This document shows positions 25,943 through 34,483 of a stretch of 56,820 bases of DNA, in pieces (position 1 is the first letter of the stretch; the number at the start of each line of letters is the position of its first letter). Below the pieces are notes generated by a model. It did not search any database and was not told where the DNA came from. It was given only the letters and a program-made list of their open reading frames with translations. The translations under genes and the position numbers were made by a program. Location: the NCBI GenBank assembly GCA_026418995.1, contig JAOAAG010000416.1:1-56820 (forward strand), written 5' to 3'. This DNA comes from Anaerolineae bacterium (GTDB lineage: Bacteria; Chloroflexota; Anaerolineae; B4-G1).

Positions 25943-26374
25943 CTAACCCAGGATGTCCTTATATTTCTCCGCCTCTCCCTCGATGAAGGCCTTGAAATCG
26001 GGGCTATCTGCCTTCATCAGGTTGCCCAACTCGGCCGGGTTGGACATCTCGATTTTGACCAGCCAGCCTTTTTCATAAGGGGATTCGTTCACCAGGGTGG
26101 GCTCCCACTCCAGCTCCTCGTTGACCTCGGTGATGGTGCCGCTGACCATAGCAGCGATGCGCCCCACCCATTTGCCCGATTCCATAGACATAAACGTCTG
26201 CCCTTGCTCCACACTCCGCCCGGCACGGGGGACCTCGACGAAGACGATCTCCTGGGCGATCGCCTGTCCGAAGGCGGTCATGCCCTGAGTGACAGTATTC
26301 CCCTCTACCTTAGCCCAGCCATGGAGTTTGTCGTAATACAGGTCGTCAGGGAACTCGTAACCGCTGATCTGCAT
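25943..26374 (-). CDS. gcvH: glycine cleavage H-like lipoyl carrier protein
   Basis: Motifs are KLHGWAKVEGNTVTQGMT, FMSMESGKWV (ESxK lipoyl-lysine context) and SPYEKGWLVKIE. ATG 26374 lies behind an AGGAGG RBS. Confidence 0.85.
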   Translation of the reverse strand: MQISGYEFPDDLYYDKLHGWAKVEGNTVTQGMTAFGQAIAQEIVFVEVPRAGRSVEQGQTFMSMESGKWVGRIAAMVSGTITEVNEELEWEPTLVNESPYEKGWLVKIEMSNPAELGNLMKADSPDFKAFIEGEAEKYKDILG

Positions 26375-26404
26375 GATGACCTCCTTTGAGTGATATACGG
26401 CTGC

Positions 26405-26446
26405 TAAACACAAAAAAGCGCCGTTGCGCGTTCAACGCAACGGTGC
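26405..26446 (-). terminator. rho-independent terminator of rpsT
   Basis: The minus strand reads GCACCGTTGCG-ttgaacg-CGCAACGGCGC followed by TTTTTTGTGTTT. Confidence 0.85.
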
Positions 26447-26485
26447 CTTCATCCCCGCCTGTCCTCCGGCCGATGGCAGAGCTGC

Positions 26486-26758
26486 TCAGGCAGCGCGTTC
26501 CAACTGATTCAAGCGCTGCATCAGACGCGACTTACGGCGAGCGGCATTGTTTTTGTGAATCACGCCTTTCTCAGCCGCTCTGTCCAGCGCGCTGACCGCA
26601 GCGCGCACTGCCTCACGCGCCTCTTCGAGCTTGCCTGCCTCGATCAGCAACCTGGCTTTTTTCACAGCAGTACGTGCGCGGCCTTTGTGCATGCGGTTGC
26701 GTAACCTTCTGCGTTCCGCGCTGCGCAGCCGCTTGAGAGCTGATTTCGTGTTTGCCAA
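26486..26758 (-). CDS. rpsT: 30S ribosomal protein S20
   Basis: The sequence is ANTKSALKRLRSAERRRLRNR... The likely start is TTG 26758, 9 nt after a GGAGGG RBS. The ATG at 26788 is possible. Confidence 0.9.
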   Translation of the reverse strand: MANTKSALKRLRSAERRRLRNRMHKGRARTAVKKARLLIEAGKLEEAREAVRAAVSALDRAAEKGVIHKNNAARRKSRLMQRLNQLERAA

Positions 26759-26849
26759 TTCCCAGTTCCCTCCTGAAAGTATCTCCATCTGCGCGGCTCG
26801 ACTCGCCCAACCGCAAAGAAGCGCAAAGGACGCAAAGTTTCTTAGCTTT

Positions 26850-26879
26850 CTTTGCGCCCTTTATGCTCTCTGTGGTTTT
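26850..26879 (-). repeat. copy B of the dispersed motif AAAACC-N17-CGCAAAG, inside the rpsT 5' leader
   Basis: The minus strand reads AAAACCacagagagcataaagggCGCAAAG. Confidence 0.5.
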
Positions 26880-26971
26880 GAAACGCACATCCTTACCCGG
26901 CCAGCGCCGAATAGCCGCACAGATAACAGCGTTCTATAATGGTGGTTATATTCTACACCAACCTGGCAGAT

Positions 26972-26999
26972 TTGTAAAGCATCAATTGTGTGCTAAAAT
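26972..26999 (+). promoter_or_regulatory. sigma70-like promoter TTGTAA-N16-TGcTAAAAT for the large histidine kinase
   Basis: Read directly from the sequence. Confidence 0.5.
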
Positions 27000-27042
27000 A
27001 ATCGGCGGGGCGGGTTAAACCCACAGGAGGGTTGTGATCCAC

Positions 27043-30000
27043 ATGAGCTCGAAAGCTCACCAGGACCTTTCAGAGAGCAGGCCTGCCCGGAGCAACGCGG
27101 CGGCGGAACACAGCGAACCTCTGGCCAGGCGCATAGCTGGGAGGCGTCCGCTGGCTTGGGTGGTACTGGCCGTGCTCTCGGCTGCCGTGCTGTTGCTGGC
27201 AGGGGCCGCCTTCCTCGCCTGGCATACCACGCGCGTTCCCTTTCCAGGTTTGCTTACCGAGCCAACGCTCGTCGTCAACGGCCTGGGCGACAAAAACTGG
27301 AGCGGCTACGCGGCTGGCCTGCGCTACATGGACCATCTGCTCGCTCTGAACGGACGCCCGCTGAACCATACCAGGGCCCTGATACATGAGCTGGCTCACT
27401 ACCGCCCCGGCGATGTGGTCTTCCTCACCGCCAGGAGACCGAGGGATACACTTCTCTATGTCTCAGTACAGTTAACCCCCCTGCCTGCTAAGGCGTTAGT
27501 GAATTTCTTCATCCTCCCCTATGTGTTAGCTCTGACGTACCTGGGCATCGGATGGTGGGTCTTTCTCCTGCGGCGAGACGAGGTGGCCGGGCGAGTCTTC
27601 GGCCTGCTCTGCGCTGTAGTGGCACTGGGGCTGGGCTTGCTGTTCGACCTCTACACCACGCACTGGCTCTGTCGGCTGTGGGTCACGGCCATCTCGCTGA
27701 GCGGCAGCATCATGATCCATCTGGCACTGGTATTCCCCCAGCGACCGCGCTTCCTGGAGCGGGCGCCGTTGCTGAGTTATCTGGCATATGTCCCCGGGGT
27801 GCTTATCGCTATAGTCAACCAGTTCACCCTGTACAACTTTGAACACCCGATGGCGTACTTCGGCACCTGGAGGCCGATGTTTCTCTTCGCAGCCATGGGG
27901 GCCGCAGCTTTTCTGGCGATGATGGTTTACCGGGTCCGCCACTCCCCATCCCCCATCGTCAGCGCGCAGGCACGCATTATCCTTGGAGGCGGCGTCCTCG
28001 CCTTTAGCCCGATCGCTATCTGGTTCGTCGTTTCCCGCATCAGGGACTGGTTTTTCTCTCCGCTGCTGATCTTGCCCTGGCTGGCGTTGTTTCCCCTCTC
28101 GATTGCCTACGCCATCCTGCGCTACCGTCTGCTCAACATCAATCTGGTCATCAGCCGAAGCCTGGCCTATGCGCTGCTCAGCATTGCCATCGTAGTAGCC
28201 TACTTCCTGGCCCTATTTCTCATCAGCCTCATCTTCGGCATCACCCCCCAGGCTCACGATCCTGTTGTGCTGGGCATCTTTGTGCTGGTCCTCAGTTTGC
28301 TCCTCAACCCGGTGCGTGCCTATCTGCAACAAACGGTAGACCGCATTTTCCTGCGTGAGGCCGTCAATCAGCAACAGTTGATGCACCGCTTCACCGCCCG
28401 CCTGACCGAAACCACCACTCTCTCGTCGGTCCTCCAGGTACTGGGTGAGACTATAGAGAAAGGGTGGAAACCGCAATTTGCAGCCCTGTTTCTGTATGAC
28501 CCTCAGCGGGCCTGCTATACCCCCCGCGTCCTGGTAAATACGGTACCCTGTCCTGAAGTGAGCTTTGGGCGGGATGGGCCGCTGGCCCGCCACATGCTGG
28601 AAAAGCGCGAGAGCCTCTATCTATTCCCGGACCGCCCCCTGCCTCAGTACCTGCAACCGGAACATGAGGGATTGAAAGAACTGTGCTCCAGTCTGCTCAT
28701 CCCGGTGCCGGGACACGGTTGGTTGACGCTGGGCTCCAAGCGCAGTGGCGCGCCCTTCACCTCGGAGGATTTGTATACCCTCGAGTCGCTGGCCTCTCAG
28801 ATAGCCGTTGCGCTCGAAAAAGCCCGTTTGTTTACCGACCTGGAACGCCGTATGGTCGAGGTGGATGCGCTGCGCTGGATCGGACAGGCTGTTAACTTCA
28901 CGATGGCTGTGGATGACCTGATGGAGCTGATCTACGCGCAGACCAGCCGCGTCCTGGACACGCGCAATTTCTACATCGCCCTGTACAACCAGGAGAAAGG
29001 CACGCTCTCCTTCGCCTTCTACGTGGAGGAGGGTGAACGCCTGTACAAAGACGATGAGTGGTCGGTACAGATCGGGCTGACCGGTCAGATCGTCCGCACC
29101 GGGCGCCCCATTGTTACAGACGACTATTTACAGGAGTGCGCCAGGAGAAAGGTGATGCCCGGAGGACGGCCTGGCAAGGCCTGGATGGGCGTACCCCTCA
29201 GCGCCGGCGATCGGATCCTGGGCGTGATGACGGTGTCCAGCTTCGATCCGGCTGTGAAATACGACGACGAGCAATTGCGTTTCTTCTCCGCGGTTGCCGA
29301 CCAGGCGGCGGCCATCCTGGAAAAAGCACGGCTCTACCGGGAAATGGAGGCACACACCAGAAGACTGACCGCTCTCAATGAAGTCGGCAGCGTGATCACG
29401 TCCACGCTGGACCTGCCGACCGTACTGCGACTGATTATGGACAGGGCGGTTGAACTGCTCCAGGCCGAGGCCGGGTCGCTGGTGCTGGTTGACCAGGAGA
29501 CCGGGGAACTGGTCTTCGAGGTGACTGCCGGCCCCGCCTCCGCCGACCTGGTGGGGACACGCCTGCCACCCGGCACCGGTATCCTCGGCTCGGTGGTACA
29601 GGAGCGTGATACCATTATCATCCGGGACGCACAGAGCGACCCGCGCTGGGGCGGTGACCTCGATGAGCGCTTCGTCACCCGCTCGATTATCGCCGTGCCG
29701 ATGATCAGCCGGGGACAGGTCATCGGCGTGATCGAGCTGCTGAACCGGCGCGACGGGCTGCCCTTCGATGAGAACGATGCCCGTCTGCTTACGGCTTTCG
29801 CTGCCAACGCCGCCGTTTCCATCGAGAACGCCCGCCTATTTACCCAGACCGATCAGGCGCTGGCCGCCCGCGTCGAGGAACTCTCCATGATGCAGCGCAT
29901 TGACCGGGAACTCAACGCCACGCTGGATTACCGCCTGGTGATGAAACGGACGCTGAGTTGGGCGGTGGAGATGACCGGGGCAGACGTGGGGCTGATCGCT

Positions 30001-31107
30001 GTCATCGTAGAGAATGATAAGGGGGAGAAAGGGCTGCGCTTCCTGGCCGCTCATGGGTATCCAGAAAAACTAGTCGCCCCCGATGAGGCGAGACTGTGGC
30101 CGCTGGAGCGCGGTATCATCGGGCGGGTGGCACGTACCGGCCGTGCCGAACTCGTTGAAAATGTCGCCGCCGACCCCGACTACGCGTCCGAAGTGCCGGG
30201 GATGGTGACCCAGTTGACCGTGCCGATCATCAGAGAGACGCGCATCGTCGGCATCATCGCTCTGGAGTCCTCCCGACCAGGCCAGTTCAACCAGGAGGTG
30301 TTCGATTTTGTGATGCGTCTGGCCGACCATGCTGCCATCGCCATCGAGAACGCCCGCCTGTTTGAGCAGGTGCGCCAGGCCAACGAGGCCAAGACGGAGT
30401 TCGTCTCCTTTGTCTCGCATGAACTCAAGCAGCCGATGACCTCAATGCGCGGCTACACCGACCTGTTGCTCAAGGGAGCAGCCGGCGAGCTCAGCGAGAT
30501 ACAGCGCAGCTTCCTCGAAACCATCCGCTCGAATGTGGAGCGGATGAACGCGCTGGTCACCAGTCTGCTGGACATCTCGCGCATTGAAAGCGGCCGCCTC
30601 AGAATCAACCTGGAAGACCTCGCCATTGGGCAGGTGATTGAGGATGTTTTACGTCAGATGCGCGGCCAGATTGAAGCGAAACGCCAGACGCTCGCGGTGG
30701 AGATCGCTCCAGGTCTCCCGTATGTCCGGGCCGACCGGGAGCGGCTGGGGCAGGTGCTGACCAACCTGATCAGCAACGCTCACAAATACACCCCCGAAGG
30801 GGGACACATCACCGTACGCGCCCAGCAGTGGGAGGCCCAAGGGGGTCGCTTCGTCATGTGCGCGGTCTCCGACACGGGGATCGGCATGTCGCCAGAGGAC
30901 CAGGCCCGGCTGTTCACCAAATACTTCCGCTCCGACGATCCCGCCGTGCGCAAGGAAAGCGGCACCGGCCTGGGGCTGGTCATCACCAAAAGCCTGGTCG
31001 AGCTACAGGGGGGTGAAATCTGGGTGGAAAGTGAGGTGGGCAAGGGGAGCACCTTCACCTTCACGGTTCCGGTCAGCGATCGCTCCCACTCGGTCACGGT
31101 TCTTTGA
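27043..31107 (+). CDS. multi-domain membrane sensor histidine kinase (PDZ-like loop, about 10 TM, multiple GAF, HisKA, HATPase)
   Basis: The H-box is FVSFVSHELKQPMTSMRGY. ATPase boxes are LISNAHKYTPEGG, DTGIGMSPED and GTGLGLVITKSLV. GAF-like segments repeat. The start was trimmed to ATG 27043. Confidence 0.88.
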   Translation: MSSKAHQDLSESRPARSNAAAEHSEPLARRIAGRRPLAWVVLAVLSAAVLLLAGAAFLAWHTTRVPFPGLLTEPTLVVNGLGDKNWSGYAAGLRYMDHLLALNGRPLNHTRALIHELAHYRPGDVVFLTARRPRDTLLYVSVQLTPLPAKALVNFFILPYVLALTYLGIGWWVFLLRRDEVAGRVFGLLCAVVALGLGLLFDLYTTHWLCRLWVTAISLSGSIMIHLALVFPQRPRFLERAPLLSYLAYVPGVLIAIVNQFTLYNFEHPMAYFGTWRPMFLFAAMGAAAFLAMMVYRVRHSPSPIVSAQARIILGGGVLAFSPIAIWFVVSRIRDWFFSPLLILPWLALFPLSIAYAILRYRLLNINLVISRSLAYALLSIAIVVAYFLALFLISLIFGITPQAHDPVVLGIFVLVLSLLLNPVRAYLQQTVDRIFLREAVNQQQLMHRFTARLTETTTLSSVLQVLGETIEKGWKPQFAALFLYDPQRACYTPRVLVNTVPCPEVSFGRDGPLARHMLEKRESLYLFPDRPLPQYLQPEHEGLKELCSSLLIPVPGHGWLTLGSKRSGAPFTSEDLYTLESLASQIAVALEKARLFTDLERRMVEVDALRWIGQAVNFTMAVDDLMELIYAQTSRVLDTRNFYIALYNQEKGTLSFAFYVEEGERLYKDDEWSVQIGLTGQIVRTGRPIVTDDYLQECARRKVMPGGRPGKAWMGVPLSAGDRILGVMTVSSFDPAVKYDDEQLRFFSAVADQAAAILEKARLYREMEAHTRRLTALNEVGSVITSTLDLPTVLRLIMDRAVELLQAEAGSLVLVDQETGELVFEVTAGPASADLVGTRLPPGTGILGSVVQERDTIIIRDAQSDPRWGGDLDERFVTRSIIAVPMISRGQVIGVIELLNRRDGLPFDENDARLLTAFAANAAVSIENARLFTQTDQALAARVEELSMMQRIDRELNATLDYRLVMKRTLSWAVEMTGADVGLIAVIVENDKGEKGLRFLAAHGYPEKLVAPDEARLWPLERGIIGRVARTGRAELVENVAADPDYASEVPGMVTQLTVPIIRETRIVGIIALESSRPGQFNQEVFDFVMRLADHAAIAIENARLFEQVRQANEAKTEFVSFVSHELKQPMTSMRGYTDLLLKGAAGELSEIQRSFLETIRSNVERMNALVTSLLDISRIESGRLRINLEDLAIGQVIEDVLRQMRGQIEAKRQTLAVEIAPGLPYVRADRERLGQVLTNLISNAHKYTPEGGHITVRAQQWEAQGGRFVMCAVSDTGIGMSPEDQARLFTKYFRSDDPAVRKESGTGLGLVITKSLVELQGGEIWVESEVGKGSTFTFTVPVSDRSHSVTVL

Positions 31108-31750
31108 AGCGCGCCTCCAATTGCTCCAGCAACTCCGCTGCTTCCACCAATTTGTCCAGCGGATTGAGTTTGCCTCTGAAGTAGCGATAATCGCAGGGGA
31201 TGACATCAAGCGTACGGACCAGCTCCAGATGTCGCTCCTTGACCGCTCCCTCGCTGACACCGTATAACTCGGCTATTTCTTTGCGCGTGACCGGGCGCAG
31301 ATTCACTTTGCGCACCATATAGTCAATCGCCGCCGCCCACGTCTCCGGCTTGCGCACGACCAGGGGTTCGCCGCCCACGGCGATCCGATACTCCAGCCAG
31401 GCCCGGATCGCCGCCCCGATTTCCTCGATGGGGATGCCCGCTCTGGTCATCTTGTCGGTGAGCAGCCTTTCCACGCCATCCATTCCGGTACCGAACAGCG
31501 TCTGAAAGCGCTCTGCCAGGGGCGAGTCGGGCCTGAGCCGGATAAAACCAGCCAGCGCCTGGCGTGCCTGGTCAAAGTCGCCGTTCCTGGCATACGCACG
31601 CGCCAGGTGTAAGAGGTAATCCGGCTCGTCAGGAGCCAGTTGAATGGCGTTCTGGAAACATTTGATCGCCCGCTCAATGTCCCATTCCTTGTAGGCGCGC
31701 AGCCCGCGCTCCTTGTACTGCTCTGCCCGCTGCCGATCGCTCAGGCTCAT
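31094..31750 (-). CDS. TPR-repeat protein with a C-terminal HTH-like segment
   Basis: TPR-like AIKCFQNAIQLAPDEPDYLLHLARAYARNGDFDQA is present, followed by VTRKEIAELYGVSEGAVKERH. Confidence 0.6.
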   Translation of the reverse strand: MSLSDRQRAEQYKERGLRAYKEWDIERAIKCFQNAIQLAPDEPDYLLHLARAYARNGDFDQARQALAGFIRLRPDSPLAERFQTLFGTGMDGVERLLTDKMTRAGIPIEEIGAAIRAWLEYRIAVGGEPLVVRKPETWAAAIDYMVRKVNLRPVTRKEIAELYGVSEGAVKERHLELVRTLDVIPCDYRYFRGKLNPLDKLVEAAELLEQLEARFKEP

Positions 31751-31976
31751 AGCATCCCTTCCTCCGATAAGGCCACATAGCGGGACGGTGCCAGAGAGGA
31801 GTGTTCCCGCCCTGGAGATCGTATTCGGGTTGTGATTATAACATAGTACCCCCGGATGGGCAACGCGAGCCTCGCGGCGCGAGGATAGCGCATGGCTGCT
31901 CCCACTGCGACATCCCCCTTCTCAGAATTCTCTCAGCCTCTCTTAATCCGGTTCTCAGGTAGCAGGGCCATAATTG

Positions 31977-31985
31977 TGGTATAAT
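31977..31985 (+). promoter_or_regulatory. extended -10 element TGgTATAAT upstream of the response regulator
   Basis: Read directly from the sequence. The -35 element is weak. Confidence 0.45.
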
Positions 31986-32051
31986 CAAAGGCTACGCGAG
32001 CCGGCGGTCGCCACAGGTAACCGTCCACCGGGGCGATAGAGAGGATCAGGA

Positions 32052-32732
32052 ATGGCACGTATACTCGTTGTAGATGATGATCGGAAACTGCTCAACATGC
32101 TCAGCCGCACGCTCCGATATGAGGGCTTCGAGGTTGCTACGGCCGCTGATGGCAGAGAAGCGCTGCGTCAAGTGGACGAGTGGCAACCCGATCTCATCGT
32201 ACTGGACTGGCTGATGCCAGGACTGGATGGCATCGGCGTTATGGAGCGTCTACGGGCCACGCAGGAGGACACGCTGATCCTGATGCTCACCGCACGCGAT
32301 GCCATCGAGGATAGAGTGGAGGGCCTGGAGAGCGGCGCCGACGATTACCTGGTCAAGCCCTTTGCCCCGGCCGAGCTGCTGGCGCGCATCCGTGCCCTGT
32401 TGCGCCGCCGGGTTGCGGCTGCCGGTCAGGAACGGCCACTGGTCTACGCCGACCTCTTCCTCGACCCGGTCACGCGCGAGACACGGCGCGGCGACAGGCG
32501 CTTCGAGCTCACGCCAACCGAATTCGCCCTGCTGCACTATCTGATGCGCCACCCCCGACAGGTGCTCAGGCGCGAGCAAATCCTGCAGGAAGTGTGGGGC
32601 TATGATTTCGGCGGCGATGATAACGTGCTCGAAGTGTACATCGGCTACCTGCGTAAAAAGACGGAGGCTGGTGGTGAAGCGCGGCTGATCCATACCGTGC
32701 GGGGGGTTGGTTACGTACTGCGCGAGGAATGA
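32052..32732 (+). CDS. OmpR-family response regulator
   Basis: Motifs are ILVVDDDRKLL, DLIVLDWLMPGLDG, and the winged helix LTPTEFALLHYLM...VRGVGYVLR. Confidence 0.92.
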   Translation: MARILVVDDDRKLLNMLSRTLRYEGFEVATAADGREALRQVDEWQPDLIVLDWLMPGLDGIGVMERLRATQEDTLILMLTARDAIEDRVEGLESGADDYLVKPFAPAELLARIRALLRRRVAAAGQERPLVYADLFLDPVTRETRRGDRRFELTPTEFALLHYLMRHPRQVLRREQILQEVWGYDFGGDDNVLEVYIGYLRKKTEAGGEARLIHTVRGVGYVLREE

Positions 32733-34138
32733 AGATGTCCATCCGGCTGCGTTTAACCCTGTTGTACACGGTGATTCTGGCTCTGACCCTGACCGCCTTT
32801 GGCATGGCGCTCTACAATGTCCAGGCGCAGTCCACCTACCACAGAGAGATGCATGCCTTGGCTGAATGGGTCAAGGTAGTGGTGGCGCACCGCTCGCGCG
32901 GCTATGGTCCCAGAGGCCCACAGATGCCGCTTGTCCCTCCCTTCCCCGTAGAGGAATCACCCTGGCCTCGCCGGGCCGGCGCTCGGGCCATATACACGCA
33001 GTTGCTCGACCTCGAAGGGCGCGTGTTCATCCGCTCAGCGAACCTGGAAGACTTTACCCTGCCCCTCAGCAGCGCTGGCCTATTCGCCCTGAGGCAGGGG
33101 AAGCCCTGGGTAGAACAGATAACCATCGAGAATGAGAGGTTCCTGACCTACAGCATGCCCGTGATCATCAGAGGCCAGGTTGTCGAGATAGTTCAGGTGG
33201 CACGCTCTATCGCGGACCAGGAACGCTACCTGAGCACTCTGCGCCGGAATCTCATCGTCGGGGGAGCGGTAGCGGTAGCCTTCGCATTCGTGTCGGGGTG
33301 GATCATGGCTGGCATAGTGCTGCGCCCCATCCACCGCATTACGCAGACAGCCCGGGCCATAGGGGAAGCACGGGACCTGAGCCGTCGTGTCCAGTACCGC
33401 GGGCCCAACGACGAACTGGGGCAGCTAGCCACTACGTTTAACACGATGCTGGCTCAACTGGAACAGGCTTATAAGCAGCAGCAACAGTTCGTGGCCGACG
33501 TCTCCCACGAATTGCGCACCCCGCTCACTACCCTGCGGGGCAACCTGGGGCTGCTGCGCCGCGAACCGCCTATCAGCGCCGAGGATCGGGCCGAGGTCCT
33601 GTCCGATATGGAGGAGGAATGTGAGCGCTTGATCCGCCTGGTGAACAATCTGCTTGCGCTGGCCAGAGCGGAGGCGCGGCGCTCGTTCCAGACCAGGCCC
33701 GTTGAGGTTGGCCCCCTGTTGGAAGAGGTATGTCGCCAGGCCAACCTGCTGGATCCCACCAGAACGATTGTCTGTCACTCCGGGGTTAACGTGGCGGTGC
33801 TGGCCGACCGGGATGCTCTCAAACAGGTCCTGCTGATCCTGCTGGACAATGCGCTGAAGCACACCACCGACGATGTGACAGTCGGTGCCGCCGTGGAACG
33901 CGGACAGGTGTTACTGAGCGTGGCGGACCGGGGGCCTGGCATCGAAGCGGAGAGACTCCCGCACCTCTTCGAGCGTTTCTCACCGGTGAAGGAGGGTGGT
34001 TGTGGCCCCACCACCGGCCTGGGCCTGGCGATCGCCAAGTCGCTGGTGGAAGCCCAGGGAGGTACCATCACCGTGGAGAGCCGGTTGGGTGAGGGCAGCA
34101 CGTTCACCGTGGCCCTTCCCCTGGCCGTCGGAGAGTGA
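32729..34138 (+). CDS. sensor histidine kinase (2 TM, HAMP, HisKA, HATPase)
   Basis: Motifs are FVADVSHELRTPLTTLRG and GTGLGLAIAKSLVEAQGG. It has an ATGA overlap with the regulator gene. Confidence 0.9.
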   Translation: MKMSIRLRLTLLYTVILALTLTAFGMALYNVQAQSTYHREMHALAEWVKVVVAHRSRGYGPRGPQMPLVPPFPVEESPWPRRAGARAIYTQLLDLEGRVFIRSANLEDFTLPLSSAGLFALRQGKPWVEQITIENERFLTYSMPVIIRGQVVEIVQVARSIADQERYLSTLRRNLIVGGAVAVAFAFVSGWIMAGIVLRPIHRITQTARAIGEARDLSRRVQYRGPNDELGQLATTFNTMLAQLEQAYKQQQQFVADVSHELRTPLTTLRGNLGLLRREPPISAEDRAEVLSDMEEECERLIRLVNNLLALARAEARRSFQTRPVEVGPLLEEVCRQANLLDPTRTIVCHSGVNVAVLADRDALKQVLLILLDNALKHTTDDVTVGAAVERGQVLLSVADRGPGIEAERLPHLFERFSPVKEGGCGPTTGLGLAIAKSLVEAQGGTITVESRLGEGSTFTVALPLAVGE

Positions 34139-34204
34139 GATTCACCGACGCCCGAGATGACGCAGGTCCGTCCACAGCGCCGTACATACGCGCGCCTGCT
34201 GTGG

Positions 34205-34224
34205 AGCCCTTCGTAGCCTCGCGG
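34205..34224. repeat. direct repeat R1 AGCCCTTCGTAGCCTCGCGG
   Basis: It matches R2 at 34340-34359 in 18 of 20 positions. Weaker similarity continues for about 30 nt further. Confidence 0.6.
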
Positions 34225-34286
34225 TAGATGATCAAACTGCCTCCAGACACTGATCACTCCGGTGTTTTAGATTGCCTTTTGGATTC

Positions 34287-34316
34287 TAAACCGCAGAGCA
34301 CGAGAGTGCGTCAAAA
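34287..34316 (+). repeat. copy C of the dispersed motif (TAAACC-N16-CGTCAAAA)
   Basis: The sequence is TTCTAAACCGCAGAGCAC... Compare TTGAAAACCGCACAGAAC (copy A) and TTCAAAACCACAGAGAGC (copy B). Confidence 0.4.
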
Positions 34317-34339
34317 CGCCCTTGCTTTTGCCCCTTTGA

Positions 34340-34360
34340 AGCCCTCCGTAGCCTCGCAGG
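34340..34360. repeat. direct repeat R2 AGCCCTCCGTAGCCTCGCAGG
   Basis: See R1. The period is 135 nt. Confidence 0.6.
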
Positions 34361-34483
34361 AAGTAGTCACACTGCCCACCAGGTCGTTGAGCACCCCAGA
34401 ATACGCGCGCTTGCATCAGACCCAAGAATGAGTAACATGACAGTGCTGCTTAATGTGTCAGTGAATGCTCCCGGAGGTACCAC

